The position numbers and the translations under genes were made by a program. The notes under the pieces were generated by a model. It had not been told where the DNA came from. It did not search any database and saw nothing but the letters and a program-made list of their open reading frames with translations. Of a stretch of 41,154 bases of DNA, positions 8,068 through 17,248 are shown piece after piece. The stretch spans positions 1-41,154 of the forward strand of contig JALXBF010000156.1 of NCBI GenBank assembly GCA_026991575.1. The letters run 5' to 3'. The stretch's first letter is position 1. Each line of letters opens with the position of its first letter. This DNA is from Planctomycetota bacterium. GTDB taxonomy: Bacteria; Planctomycetota; Planctomycetia; JALXBF01.

Positions 8068-8769
8068 TTGGGTGTGTTGGGTGGACAGGTCGAGGTAAAG
8101 ATCTGCGGGATTGTCCGGCCCCACGATGCACGCGTCGCCGAAGAGGCCGGCGCTGATGCGATTGGTCTCATCTTTGTGCCTCGCAGTCCTCGTTGTGTCA
8201 CGCCGCAGCAGGCACGCGCGATCCGGGCGACGGTGGCACGGGTCTGCTGCGTCGGCGTCTTTGCCAATGCCGACCCACGCGAACTGCTGGAGACGGTCGA
8301 CACTGTCGGACTCGATCTCGTGCAACTGCACGGGCAGGAGGACCTGCAGTACTGCCAGACGGTAGCGTCAGAACTCGGAGTCCATCGCATCATTAAGGCC
8401 ATCCGATTCACCGAGCAGGTAGACTATGAACTGCTGGCACCCTACGCCGATGCCGGCATCCGGCTGCTGGTCGACGGAGCGTTTGGCGGCGGACCGCTGC
8501 CGTGGCATCGGCTCAGTGACTGGCACACGCGGCTGGCTGTGCCGTTGATCCTTGCCGGTGGCTTGACCCCAGAGAACGTGGGCACGGCTGTCACTGTGGT
8601 GCGTCCTGCAGCGGTCGACGTAGCGCGCGGGGTGGAGGCAAGCGGAAAGTCGCGTGCAAAGGACCCGGCCAAGATCGTCCGTTTCGTGCAGGCGGCCCGA
8701 AACGCAGCGGCGTGCTCGGCCGCACCGCAGCAGACGGCGACACGTGCCTTCGTTCGCAGACACGCCTGA
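8068..8769 (+). CDS. trpF: Phosphoribosylanthranilate isomerase
   Basis: Motifs VKICGI, GADAIGLIF..SPR.V, VGVF, VQLHG.E, ILAGGLTPENV, VDV..GVE and KD..KI..F. Confidence 0.9.
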   Translation: MGVLGGQVEVKICGIVRPHDARVAEEAGADAIGLIFVPRSPRCVTPQQARAIRATVARVCCVGVFANADPRELLETVDTVGLDLVQLHGQEDLQYCQTVASELGVHRIIKAIRFTEQVDYELLAPYADAGIRLLVDGAFGGGPLPWHRLSDWHTRLAVPLILAGGLTPENVGTAVTVVRPAAVDVARGVEASGKSRAKDPAKIVRFVQAARNAAACSAAPQQTATRAFVRRHA

Positions 8770-8801
8770 GAAGTCTCACTCGCCATACACCGGGGCGTTC
8801 C

Positions 8802-10427
8802 ATGGCTCTAGCGCGATCGCCACTGAAGCTGGTCGGTGCGTTGCTGCTGCCTGTTGTGGCGTCTGTCACGGCAGCAGCAGCCGAGTACCTGGATACCGGC
8901 CCGGGCAGCAGACGGCCGGTGCCGACGGCGCGCGGGTTCAGCGTGCGGCGCTTTGATGCCGTGGTCGCGCAACTGCGCCAACGCTTCGGATTGACACCAG
9001 GGCCAGCGGTGGACGACGAGACCTTCGTGCGCCGGGTATTCCTGGATCTGATTGGTCGGCCGCCTACGGAGGAGGAGTGGCACCGGTTCATGCGCGATTC
9101 GCGCCGTGACAAGCGGGCACGCCTGGTGCGGGAACTGATCGGTTCAGACGAGTTCGGTTACCGATGGGCGTACTTCTGGCGCCAGGTCCTCCTGTTTCGT
9201 GTGACCGATCCGGACGACCACGTCGAGCCGCCGGTTCTGGAGCAGTGGCTTGCAGAGCGAATCAACGCCGGAGCGGCCTGGACCGAAATTGTCCGGGAGC
9301 TGGTCACGGCGCGTGGTCGCTCGGACCTGGATGGGCCCGCCAACTTCGTGCTTGCCCACATGGCGCGGCCCACGGCGCTGGCGTCGGAAACGGCGCGTGT
9401 GTTTCTGGGTGTGAACATTGCCTGTGCCGAATGCCATGATGATCCGGCCGGCCGATGGAAGCGGGAGGACTTCCATGGCTTTGCCGCGTTCTTTGCGCGC
9501 ATCGATGAGCGTCGCCTGGACCGGCCGCCGCCACCGGATCTGCCACCGGACGTCGCCCCCCCGCCTCCACCTTTCGAAATCGTTGTGCTCGACATGCTGG
9601 GCACCGAGTACAAGATGCCAGATGCTTCCGATCCGAACCGTTCGCACGTCATTCGCCGGCCTCGGCTACTGAACGGCCGGCGGGTGCCGGCAGGGTTGCC
9701 GGATGCTTACCGCCGCGGGCTACTGGCCGAATGGCTGACCCATTGGAAGAACTTCTGGTTCGCACGTGCCTATGTGAACCGCATCTGGTTCGAGTTTTTC
9801 GGCGACTGCTTCGGTCCCTCGCCCGATGACATCGGTCCGGGCAGACCGTTGCGTGCCACACGCGTGCTGTACAGCCTGGCCTCTGCGTGGCACCGGGCAG
9901 AGTTCAACGCCCGTTGGTTGCCGTACGTCCTGGCGCGATCCGATCTGTATGGCCGCCGTTGCCTGGATCCGCAGGATGAGCTGGCCTTCCTCGTCGGTGT
10001 TCCGCGCCGCCGCGTGGACGCGTACCAGTTCCTGCACAGTCTGGCCACGGCCCTGGCTGTCGATGTTCGCGCAATGCCGGAGTCGTTTCGATCGGCTGCC
10101 GAGCAAGCCTTCGGAATAGATCCGTCCGAAAGCCGTCGGTTGCTGCCGCCAACGCTGGACCAAGTCCTTCTGCTGCTCAACGATCCGGTTGTGGAGCGAT
10201 GGTTGCAGGAGCGTGCCCGTACGCTTGCGTATCGGGCAGCACGGGCGGACAAGCCGTTCGAAGCGCTCTGCACTGCCCTGTACGTCACGGCGCTTAGCCG
10301 CCGGCCGACCGAGCGCGAACGCGCTGTGACCATCGATTACCTGCGCTCCAGCAATGATCCGGCCACCGCCGCTGCCGATGTCCTCTGGGCGCTGATTAAC
10401 TCGGACGAATTCCTGTACATACCGTAA
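8802..10427 (+). CDS. DUF1549/DUF1553 (PSD1) domain protein
   Basis: Signal peptide; DDETFVRRVFLDLIGRPPT; FLGVNIACAECHD; FARAYVNRIW; C-terminal DVLWALINSDEFLY. Confidence 0.9.
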   Translation: MALARSPLKLVGALLLPVVASVTAAAAEYLDTGPGSRRPVPTARGFSVRRFDAVVAQLRQRFGLTPGPAVDDETFVRRVFLDLIGRPPTEEEWHRFMRDSRRDKRARLVRELIGSDEFGYRWAYFWRQVLLFRVTDPDDHVEPPVLEQWLAERINAGAAWTEIVRELVTARGRSDLDGPANFVLAHMARPTALASETARVFLGVNIACAECHDDPAGRWKREDFHGFAAFFARIDERRLDRPPPPDLPPDVAPPPPPFEIVVLDMLGTEYKMPDASDPNRSHVIRRPRLLNGRRVPAGLPDAYRRGLLAEWLTHWKNFWFARAYVNRIWFEFFGDCFGPSPDDIGPGRPLRATRVLYSLASAWHRAEFNARWLPYVLARSDLYGRRCLDPQDELAFLVGVPRRRVDAYQFLHSLATALAVDVRAMPESFRSAAEQAFGIDPSESRRLLPPTLDQVLLLLNDPVVERWLQERARTLAYRAARADKPFEALCTALYVTALSRRPTERERAVTIDYLRSSNDPATAAADVLWALINSDEFLYIP

Positions 10428-10461
10428 CCCCTCTTACCCGGCGTGCGGGGGCCCGCCGTCG

Positions 10462-10491
10462 TTCACGCGGCAGCGGTCTGGCACGTAGAAT
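10462..10491 (+). promoter_or_regulatory. Putative sigma70 promoter upstream of radC
   Basis: TTCACG (10462-10467), 18 bp spacer, TAGAAT (10486-10491). Confidence 0.35.
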
Positions 10492-10577
10492 GCACGTGCA
10501 GAATGCAGGGTGCCTCAGGCAGACAACCGTGGAGGCACTCTGGGATGACGCTGCATGAAAAGCCTGCGTGCAACGGC

Positions 10578-11336
10578 ATGGGACGCGTGTGCAGGGGGCT
10601 GGCTCCACTTGAACCCACCGTTTCGCACAGCTTTTCGCTGCTTGCCCGTCGTCTGCTGGCCGTTGGCCCGGATGGTTTGTCGGACGAGGAGCTGGCCGCA
10701 GTGGTGCTTGGTGGCGTACGTGCCGGCGAGGGTGCGATACGCCGGGCAGCGCGGGCTCTGGTCGATCTGGACCGGCTCGTCGACGGCGGTGGTCTCGTCG
10801 GAAGTGGTGCGGATGCCTCGGGCGATGAGCTCAGGCTATTGGCCGCGGTGGCGTTGGGCAGGCGGTGGATCTATCGGACCTTGCGACGACGTCGGCCAAG
10901 ACCGTCGCTCGGCGATGCCGGTGAGATCTACAGCTGGTACGGGCCGCTGCTAGCGCACCAGGTCCAGGAGCATGTGTATGCAATCGCACTGGACGCGAAG
11001 CTACGGCTAATCACCGACCAGTGCGTTTCGATCGGCACGGTGACGTCGTGTGCCGCGGACGTGCGGGATGTATTTCGGATGGCGGTGCGGGTTGCTGCGT
11101 TCGCAGTTGCGCTGGTGCACAATCATCCCAGTGGCAACGCGATGCCGTCGCCCGAAGACATGTGTCTGACGCAACACCTGGAGCATGCAGGCAGTCGGCT
11201 CGGGATTGAGTTGGTGGATCATGTGATCATCGGGCGTGGTCAGTACTACAGTTTTCGTGACGAGCGGCTGGTGGTATGTGACGAGGTGGAGGCGGGGCGC
11301 AATGAAATGAGCGGCAGCGTCAACCCAGGAAGCTGA
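10578..11336 (+). CDS. radC: RadC-family JAB domain protein (start uncertain)
   Basis: N-terminal RRLL..G...LSDEEL; QEH...LD; JAB motif HNHPSG...PS.ED; LVDHVIIG...YYSF. Confidence 0.9.
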   Translation: MGRVCRGLAPLEPTVSHSFSLLARRLLAVGPDGLSDEELAAVVLGGVRAGEGAIRRAARALVDLDRLVDGGGLVGSGADASGDELRLLAAVALGRRWIYRTLRRRRPRPSLGDAGEIYSWYGPLLAHQVQEHVYAIALDAKLRLITDQCVSIGTVTSCAADVRDVFRMAVRVAAFAVALVHNHPSGNAMPSPEDMCLTQHLEHAGSRLGIELVDHVIIGRGQYYSFRDERLVVCDEVEAGRNEMSGSVNPGS

Positions 11337-11376
11337 CGAGTGCCGCTCGAAAAGGGGTGGCTGGTTGGCGTCTGGG

Positions 11377-11955
11377 TCAGATCGCGTTCTTCTTTTCGGC
11401 GACAAGCCGCCGGACCCGCTCGGCCAGCAGGGTCACGTCGAACGGCTTGCGGAAGACTTCGTTGAACCCGGCCTTCTGGAGCAGCTCTTCGGACATCTCT
11501 TCGGCCCCGATGAGCGCTACCAGGATCGTATCTTCGTGTTCCGGGCGTTTCCGCAGGTCCTGAGCGATCTGGACCGCTTCGTTCCGCCCGATCTTGGTGT
11601 CGATGATGATACAGTCCGGGTGGAAGCCCTCGGCATGCACGCCCGCCTCGAACGCGCTCTCGGCGATCTGGAATTCGAAGCCATCGTCCTCGGGCAAGCG
11701 CTGCCGAAGCGTGGCGGTCAGCGTGCTGTCGACGCCGACCAGGAGGATCTTGTTCAGCACGTCGTCTTCCAGTTCGCCCAGCGGCATGCCGTGCTCTTTG
11801 AGGAACTGGATCAGGCTCTCTCGCGGGATCCGCCGGTCCTGCGAGCCAGGAATGCGGTATCCCTTGAGACGACCCGAGTCAAACCACTTGCTGACGGTGC
11901 GGGGCGCGACCTTGCAGATCTTCGCCACCTGCCCCGTCGTGAAGACTTTACGCAT
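11377..11955 (-). CDS. Excisionase/MerR-like HTH fused to a receiver (REC)-like domain
   Basis: HTH_17-like FTTGQVAKICKVAPRTVSKWFDSGRLKGYRIPGSQDRRIP, then PDCIIID...FRKPFD. GGAG SD before ATG 11955. Confidence 0.88.
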   Translation of the reverse strand: MRKVFTTGQVAKICKVAPRTVSKWFDSGRLKGYRIPGSQDRRIPRESLIQFLKEHGMPLGELEDDVLNKILLVGVDSTLTATLRQRLPEDDGFEFQIAESAFEAGVHAEGFHPDCIIIDTKIGRNEAVQIAQDLRKRPEHEDTILVALIGAEEMSEELLQKAGFNEVFRKPFDVTLLAERVRRLVAEKKNAI

Positions 11956-12489
11956 CGATAGGGCTCCAGTTTTTTTCTTAGGCATGGCTGGATCGACCCC
12001 TGGAAGTTCCACGGTTAGTCTTGACTCGAGGCATCAAACCGTTACCACAGGTGGCCGTGGCAGGAACAAGCGGCCTGTGTGTGCTGGCAACAAGAACGGC
12101 CTTGCTGGATTGCACCGTTGTAGCGGTAGAGCCGTTGTCATGGATCGGTTGCAGCCGCTGAGACGGGTGAGCCGATTCTGGCGGGCAAGCTACGCGCTGC
12201 CGGCGCTTACCGTCATAACCGTCACCAGCGACCGAATTCGCTCCAAGGGCGGGTGCTCACCGACCCGCCAACCAGCAGCTCTGTGTTTTTCTTCGAACCG
12301 GCATTGGCGCGAGCTTTAAGAAGCATTATGAACACTACCTTCGCACTGTCCCGCGCCGGTGCATCCTGCCGAGCAGCGGATCCAGCCGGGCGCGGCCGCT
12401 AGCACCGGTAATGCCGCTAAATCGGGCACATCCGCGCGACCGATGCTAGTAGAGACAGCAACGTCTGCGCAGCACGTGGAGAAGCGCAC

Positions 12490-14220
12490 GTGGTCCGATT
12501 GTCCAGGCTACTGCTCCTGCCTGTACTGCTGGCCGCCATTGGCCTGGCGTCCGGGTGCCGGTTCATCCGGAGCCCCGCTCGGACACGCCAACTGCTGCCG
12601 GCAGCCGACTTGACCGGCACCGTCCGTCCCGACGCCAACAACGGACTGGAACCGAAGCTCGTGGAGCTCACCGTGCCCGAGCTCCAGCCGCCCCGCACGC
12701 CGCTGGAACCAGAAGCTGCCCGAATCGAAGAACTCACGCTCCAGGCAGCGATCCACCACGCGCTGCGCAATAGCCAGGTCGTCCGGGTCGCCGTCGGCAC
12801 AACCGTCCGTCCAAGCGGATCGACCCGATACGACCAGGCAATTGCCGAGGCCCAGGTCCAGGTCCGTGAGGCAGTGTTTGACCCGCAGTTCTTTGTAACG
12901 TTGTTCTGGAACCGCAGCGACGAACCCACCGGCGTAACGTTCGGCCCCGGTATCCCCGTGCCCAACGAACGCGACACCGCCAACTTTGCTACCGCTCTGA
13001 CCAAACGCCTGGTTACCGGCGGCACCGCGTCCGTTCAGTTCCTTACCGACTATCTGTTCTTTCCTCGCGGCACGTTCTTCCGCTCCGTGAACCCGCAGTA
13101 CACCACTCGGCTGGAATTCTCTGTTTCGCAACCGTTGCTCCGCGGCGCCGGCGTCGAGTTCAATCGAGCCCCGATTGTCATCGCCCGTATCCAGTCGGAT
13201 CAATCGTACTGGCAGTGGCGTCAGTCGGTGCTTGCCCTGGTACGCAGCGTGGAGGAAGCGTACTGGAACCTGTATGCCGCCCACGTCGCGCTGCGTGCGA
13301 TCGAGCAAGTCCTGCCGTTGGCTGCGGAGGTGGTGCGCGTTGAGCAGGCCCGCCTGGAAACCGGCCAGGCCATTCCGGCCGACGTGGCCCAGGCGGAGGC
13401 GAACCTGGCCGCATTCCGTCAGCAGCGGGTTCGAGCGTTGGCGAACGTACTCGCCCAGGAAGCCAAGCTACGCAACCTTCTGGGGCTCCCCCCCAACGAC
13501 GACCGTCGCTTGATCCCCGCCGAGCTGCCACCCGAAGCCCCGGTTCAACTGGACTGGGTCGCCGCAATCGAGGCGGCCGTGAAACACCGGCCGGATATCG
13601 CGCGGCAGCGACTGGCCGTGCGGCTGAGCGAGCTGCAGATCACCATCGCGCAGAACGCACTGCAGCCCCAGCTCGACCTGCAGGCACTCTGGCGGATCAA
13701 CGGACTGGCCGATCGACTGGACGACGCCATCGACGTGCTCACGGACAACCAGTTCACCGACTGGCGGCTGGGCTTTACCTTCTCCTTCCCGATCGGATAC
13801 CGCGACGCCGCGGCCCGGCTGCGTCAGGCCAAGCTGCAGTTCCGCCGCGAGGTGGCCCTGTTGAACGAAGCCGTACACCAGGCAACCCATGAGATCGCCA
13901 ATCTGGTGCGCGAAGCGGAGACCGTCTACGGCGAGTACCTGGCCGCCCGCCAGCGGCAAGAGGCCGCAGCTCGCTGGGTAGACGGTGCGCGCGCCCGCTT
14001 CGAGAACCCGGTCGCTCCGGCACCAGGCCAGCAGAGTGCCTACTTGATCGCCCTTCAGGTCTACCTGCAGGCGTTACAGTCATGGGCAACCGCCACCACG
14101 GAAGCAGCCCGTCTGCTGGCCCAGTACCACATCACCCTCGCCAGACTTGAGGAAGCCAAGGGCACGTTGCTGGAGGTGTACAACATCCACGATCAAGCCG
14201 AACCGGAGCTGCTGTTCTGA
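12490..14220 (+). CDS. TolC-family outer-membrane efflux lipoprotein
   Basis: Lipobox LASGC; LTLQAAIHHALRN; SQPLLRGAG; VEEAYWNL; RPDI; LQPQLDL; FSFPIG. Two OEP repeats. Confidence 0.9.
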   Translation: MVRLSRLLLLPVLLAAIGLASGCRFIRSPARTRQLLPAADLTGTVRPDANNGLEPKLVELTVPELQPPRTPLEPEAARIEELTLQAAIHHALRNSQVVRVAVGTTVRPSGSTRYDQAIAEAQVQVREAVFDPQFFVTLFWNRSDEPTGVTFGPGIPVPNERDTANFATALTKRLVTGGTASVQFLTDYLFFPRGTFFRSVNPQYTTRLEFSVSQPLLRGAGVEFNRAPIVIARIQSDQSYWQWRQSVLALVRSVEEAYWNLYAAHVALRAIEQVLPLAAEVVRVEQARLETGQAIPADVAQAEANLAAFRQQRVRALANVLAQEAKLRNLLGLPPNDDRRLIPAELPPEAPVQLDWVAAIEAAVKHRPDIARQRLAVRLSELQITIAQNALQPQLDLQALWRINGLADRLDDAIDVLTDNQFTDWRLGFTFSFPIGYRDAAARLRQAKLQFRREVALLNEAVHQATHEIANLVREAETVYGEYLAARQRQEAAARWVDGARARFENPVAPAPGQQSAYLIALQVYLQALQSWATATTEAARLLAQYHITLARLEEAKGTLLEVYNIHDQAEPELLF

Positions 14221-14286
14221 TCAACGGACCGCGGGCGGCACGGTCCACGGAAACACGCTCGAAGCAAGCCAGGGTGGGCTGCCTCC

Positions 14287-14292
14287 TACAAT
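14287..14292 (+). promoter_or_regulatory. Putative -10 element (TACAAT) 8 nt before the uvrC ATG
   Basis: TACAAT-tcagtgcc-ATG, with no SD sequence in between. Confidence 0.35.
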
Positions 14293-14300
14293 TCAGTGCC

Positions 14301-15647
14301 ATGCCCGAGGTGCCCGATCTCGTGCAAAAGCTGCGCGAACAAGCGCGAGCGCTCCCCGATCATCCCGGCGTCTATCTGCTCAAGGACGAGCGCGGCCGGG
14401 TACTGTACGTGGGCAAAGCGCGCAGCCTGAAGAACCGTGTCCCCACCTACTTCACCGCTCAAGCACTTAGCGACCCCCGCACCAAAGACCTTGTTCCGCT
14501 GGTGCGCAGCATCGACTACCTGGAGTGCGACTCGGAGGTCGACGCCCTGCTTACCGAGGCACGGCTGATCAAGGACCTGCAGCCGCCATTCAACGATCGG
14601 CTTAAAGACGACAAGTCCTTCCCGTATTTGCAGATCCACATCCGCGAGGACTTCCCTCGGGTCGAGTTCACGCGCGAGCCGCGCTCCAGCGGCGTGAAAC
14701 TCTACGGCCCGTTTGCATCCGCCAAGGCACTGCGCGGTGCGATCCAGGTGCTGCAACGGGTCTTCAAGTTTCGAACCTGCTCGCTTGACATCCGGGAAGG
14801 CGACCCGAAATGGCGCTGGTTCCGCCCTTGCCTGCTGTACAGCATCGGCCAGTGCACGGCGCCGTGCAACATGAAGATCAGCAAAGAGGAGTACCGCAAG
14901 GACATCCAGCGGCTGCGCCTGTTCCTGGAAGGCAAACGCGAGCGGCTGTTGAAACAGATGGAACAGGAAATGAAGCAAGCCGCGGCCGAGCTTCGTTTCG
15001 AGGAAGCAGCGCGCATCCGCGACGAACTGGCTGCACTCCAGTCCTTGCACCTGCGCGGCGACCTGGAAAAGCACGTGCAACCGGAAGTCTTCTTCGTGGA
15101 TCCCAAGAAAGGCCTGGCCGGCCTACGCAAGGTCCTGCACCTGCCGGAGCAGCCCCGCACGATCGAAGGCATTGACATTGCCCACCTCGGCGGACGCGAA
15201 GTGGTCGGTTCCCTGGTCCAGTTCATCGACGGCGTGCCGTTCAAGCCCGGCTACCGCCGGTACCGGATCCGTACCGTGACGGGAATCGACGATTACGCTG
15301 CCATCCGCGAGGTGGCCGCGCGGCGGTTCCGGCGGCTGCGCCAGGAGGAATTGCCGGTGCCGGACATTTTTCTGATCGACGGCGGCAAGGGCCAGTTAAA
15401 CGCCGCGCTGGAAGGCATCCATTCCGTGGGCGCCGAGCCGAAGTGCGTCATCGCACTCGCTAAGGAAGAAGAGCTGGTTTTTGTACCCGGTCACAGCGAA
15501 CCGCTCCGGCTGAGCCGCCACTCCTTCGCACTGCGGCTCTTGCAGTACGTTCGCGATGAGGCGCACCGGTTCGCCCAGCACTATCATCACCTGCTGCGAC
15601 GCAAGCGAGTTCTTGGCGAATCGCCCCGGCAAGGCAAGTCCCGATGA
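14301..15647 (+). CDS. uvrC: Excinuclease ABC subunit C (short form)
   Basis: GIY-YIG (PGVYL...LYVGKA..L..RV..YF); Cys cluster RTC...RPCL.Y.IGQC.APC; UVR domain (FEEAARIRD); RNase H-like domain (IEGIDIAH, IDGGKGQL, RDEAHRFA). Confidence 0.93.
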   Translation: MPEVPDLVQKLREQARALPDHPGVYLLKDERGRVLYVGKARSLKNRVPTYFTAQALSDPRTKDLVPLVRSIDYLECDSEVDALLTEARLIKDLQPPFNDRLKDDKSFPYLQIHIREDFPRVEFTREPRSSGVKLYGPFASAKALRGAIQVLQRVFKFRTCSLDIREGDPKWRWFRPCLLYSIGQCTAPCNMKISKEEYRKDIQRLRLFLEGKRERLLKQMEQEMKQAAAELRFEEAARIRDELAALQSLHLRGDLEKHVQPEVFFVDPKKGLAGLRKVLHLPEQPRTIEGIDIAHLGGREVVGSLVQFIDGVPFKPGYRRYRIRTVTGIDDYAAIREVAARRFRRLRQEELPVPDIFLIDGGKGQLNAALEGIHSVGAEPKCVIALAKEEELVFVPGHSEPLRLSRHSFALRLLQYVRDEAHRFAQHYHHLLRRKRVLGESPRQGKSR

Positions 15648-17248
15648 GCTCCGACGGCCCGGCCGGACAATCCGCTCCCCTTCCCCGCCGCTGGCCGGCC
15701 TGCCTGCTGATGGCCTTGACCGCCACGCTGCTCGCCGGCTGGACGCGCACGGCACCGGGCTATACGTCGGACGAGCCATTCAACGTCCTGTACGGCAAGA
15801 CGTTCGTTGCCGAGTTCGTGCAGAAGCCGTGGTTCGTGTTCGACGCCGGCGACGTGGCTCGTGTCTTTGGTCCGCGCGCCGAACACCCACCGCTGGGACG
15901 ATGGCTGATCGGGTGGACCAACTTCCTGCTCGATCCACAGTGGCGCGACACGACGAGCTTTGACCTGGACAAAGCCCGCTGGGCCCCGGCACTCTGCTAC
16001 GGCCTGCTGACCGCCCTGGTGGCCTGGGCAGCCAGCAGCTCAGGACGGCTCGCGTTGTGGTCGGCCGGCCTGTTGCTTCTGAGTCTTCCGCGATTGTTTG
16101 GACATGCCCACTTTGCCGCCCTGGAGCTGCCCTTGACCCTCTGCTACACCGCCGCCCTGGTGGCGCTGATGGCCGCCGTGCGCAGTCGCCTGGCTTACCG
16201 ATGGGTCGTCCTTGCAGGAGCCGCAGCCGGGCTAGCCATGCTCACCAAGATTCACGGCTTTCTCCTGTTGCCCACGGCCGCAGTTTGCTTCGCACGTTAC
16301 GGGCCCAAACGAGCCGCGCTGTCCACGTCCCTCTACGCGCTCGTGGCCGGCTGCGTCTGGTTCGCCGGCTGGCCATGGCTGTGGTATGCGCCGGTAGCAC
16401 ACACCGTGTCGTTCCTCTCCAGTGGCGTCGCCCGCGCAACGACCTACGTGACCTACCTGGGCACGGTGTATGCCGACCATGAAGTCCCGTGGCATTACCC
16501 GTGGGTGATGCTGGCGGCAAGCATGCCTCTGCCGCATCTGGTCCTAGCCCTTGCCGCTGCGCTCTGGCACGTGTATCGGCTCCGCGCCGATGCAGAGGCA
16601 CTTGTGCCTTTGGCTGGTTCAATTCTGCCTCTGGTCCTGTTCAGCATTCCGGGTGTCCCGGTGTATGATGGCATCCGTCTGTTCTTGATTGTTCTGCCGG
16701 CGGTTGTCTGGCTGATGGTCCGCTGGCTCGCGACCGTTGCTGCCCGGCGGTTTGCAGGTGCCGTCTGTCTGATTGCGGTGGCGTGCGCGGTGGGCTGGTA
16801 CGGCATGGTTCGAGCCGCGCCGTGCTGGCTGAGTTACTACGGTGAGCTGGTGGGAGGGTTGAAGGGGGCCGTGCGACTGGGGCTGGAACCGACCTATTGG
16901 GGGGATGCGGTCACGCCTGGGCTGCTTACACGCTGGAGCGAGCAGGCTGAGCGTGGCGCCACGCTCGAGCTTGTGCCCACCCTGTACGATCGCCATGCAG
17001 AGCTGTACCTGACAGCACGCATGATGGAGCGGGCCCAGCGGGTGGTGCCCCAGGGTGAAGCGGCCGACTACACGCTCGTCTTCCGCAGGTCGGCGTACGT
17101 TCCGGCCCATGTGCTAAGACGAGCCCAGAGTGCACCGGTCGTGGCAGAAGTGGTTGTGGAAGGCGTGTGGTTGAGCCGCATCGTGCGCAATGGGAGCAAG
17201 CGCGATGAGCCAGGAACAGCCGGAACAGCGGCTGACTCATTTCGATGA
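15644..17248 (+). CDS. Glycosyltransferase family 39 / ArnT-like membrane protein
   Basis: [48 protein letters not shown] and YWGD motifs; multi-TM. ATGA overlap with uvrC. Confidence 0.85.
   Translation: MSSDGPAGQSAPLPRRWPACLLMALTATLLAGWTRTAPGYTSDEPFNVLYGKTFVAEFVQKPWFVFDAGDVARVFGPRAEHPPLGRWLIGWTNFLLDPQWRDTTSFDLDKARWAPALCYGLLTALVAWAASSSGRLALWSAGLLLLSLPRLFGHAHFAALELPLTLCYTAALVALMAAVRSRLAYRWVVLAGAAAGLAMLTKIHGFLLLPTAAVCFARYGPKRAALSTSLYALVAGCVWFAGWPWLWYAPVAHTVSFLSSGVARATTYVTYLGTVYADHEVPWHYPWVMLAASMPLPHLVLALAAALWHVYRLRADAEALVPLAGSILPLVLFSIPGVPVYDGIRLFLIVLPAVVWLMVRWLATVAARRFAGAVCLIAVACAVGWYGMVRAAPCWLSYYGELVGGLKGAVRLGLEPTYWGDAVTPGLLTRWSEQAERGATLELVPTLYDRHAELYLTARMMERAQRVVPQGEAADYTLVFRRSAYVPAHVLRRAQSAPVVAEVVVEGVWLSRIVRNGSKRDEPGTAGTAADSFR

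Noticed and set aside
10578..11336. radC as a marker of a mobile element
   Set aside because: It is the long chromosomal form with an N-terminal domain. No integrase, transposase, att sites or other cargo are nearby.
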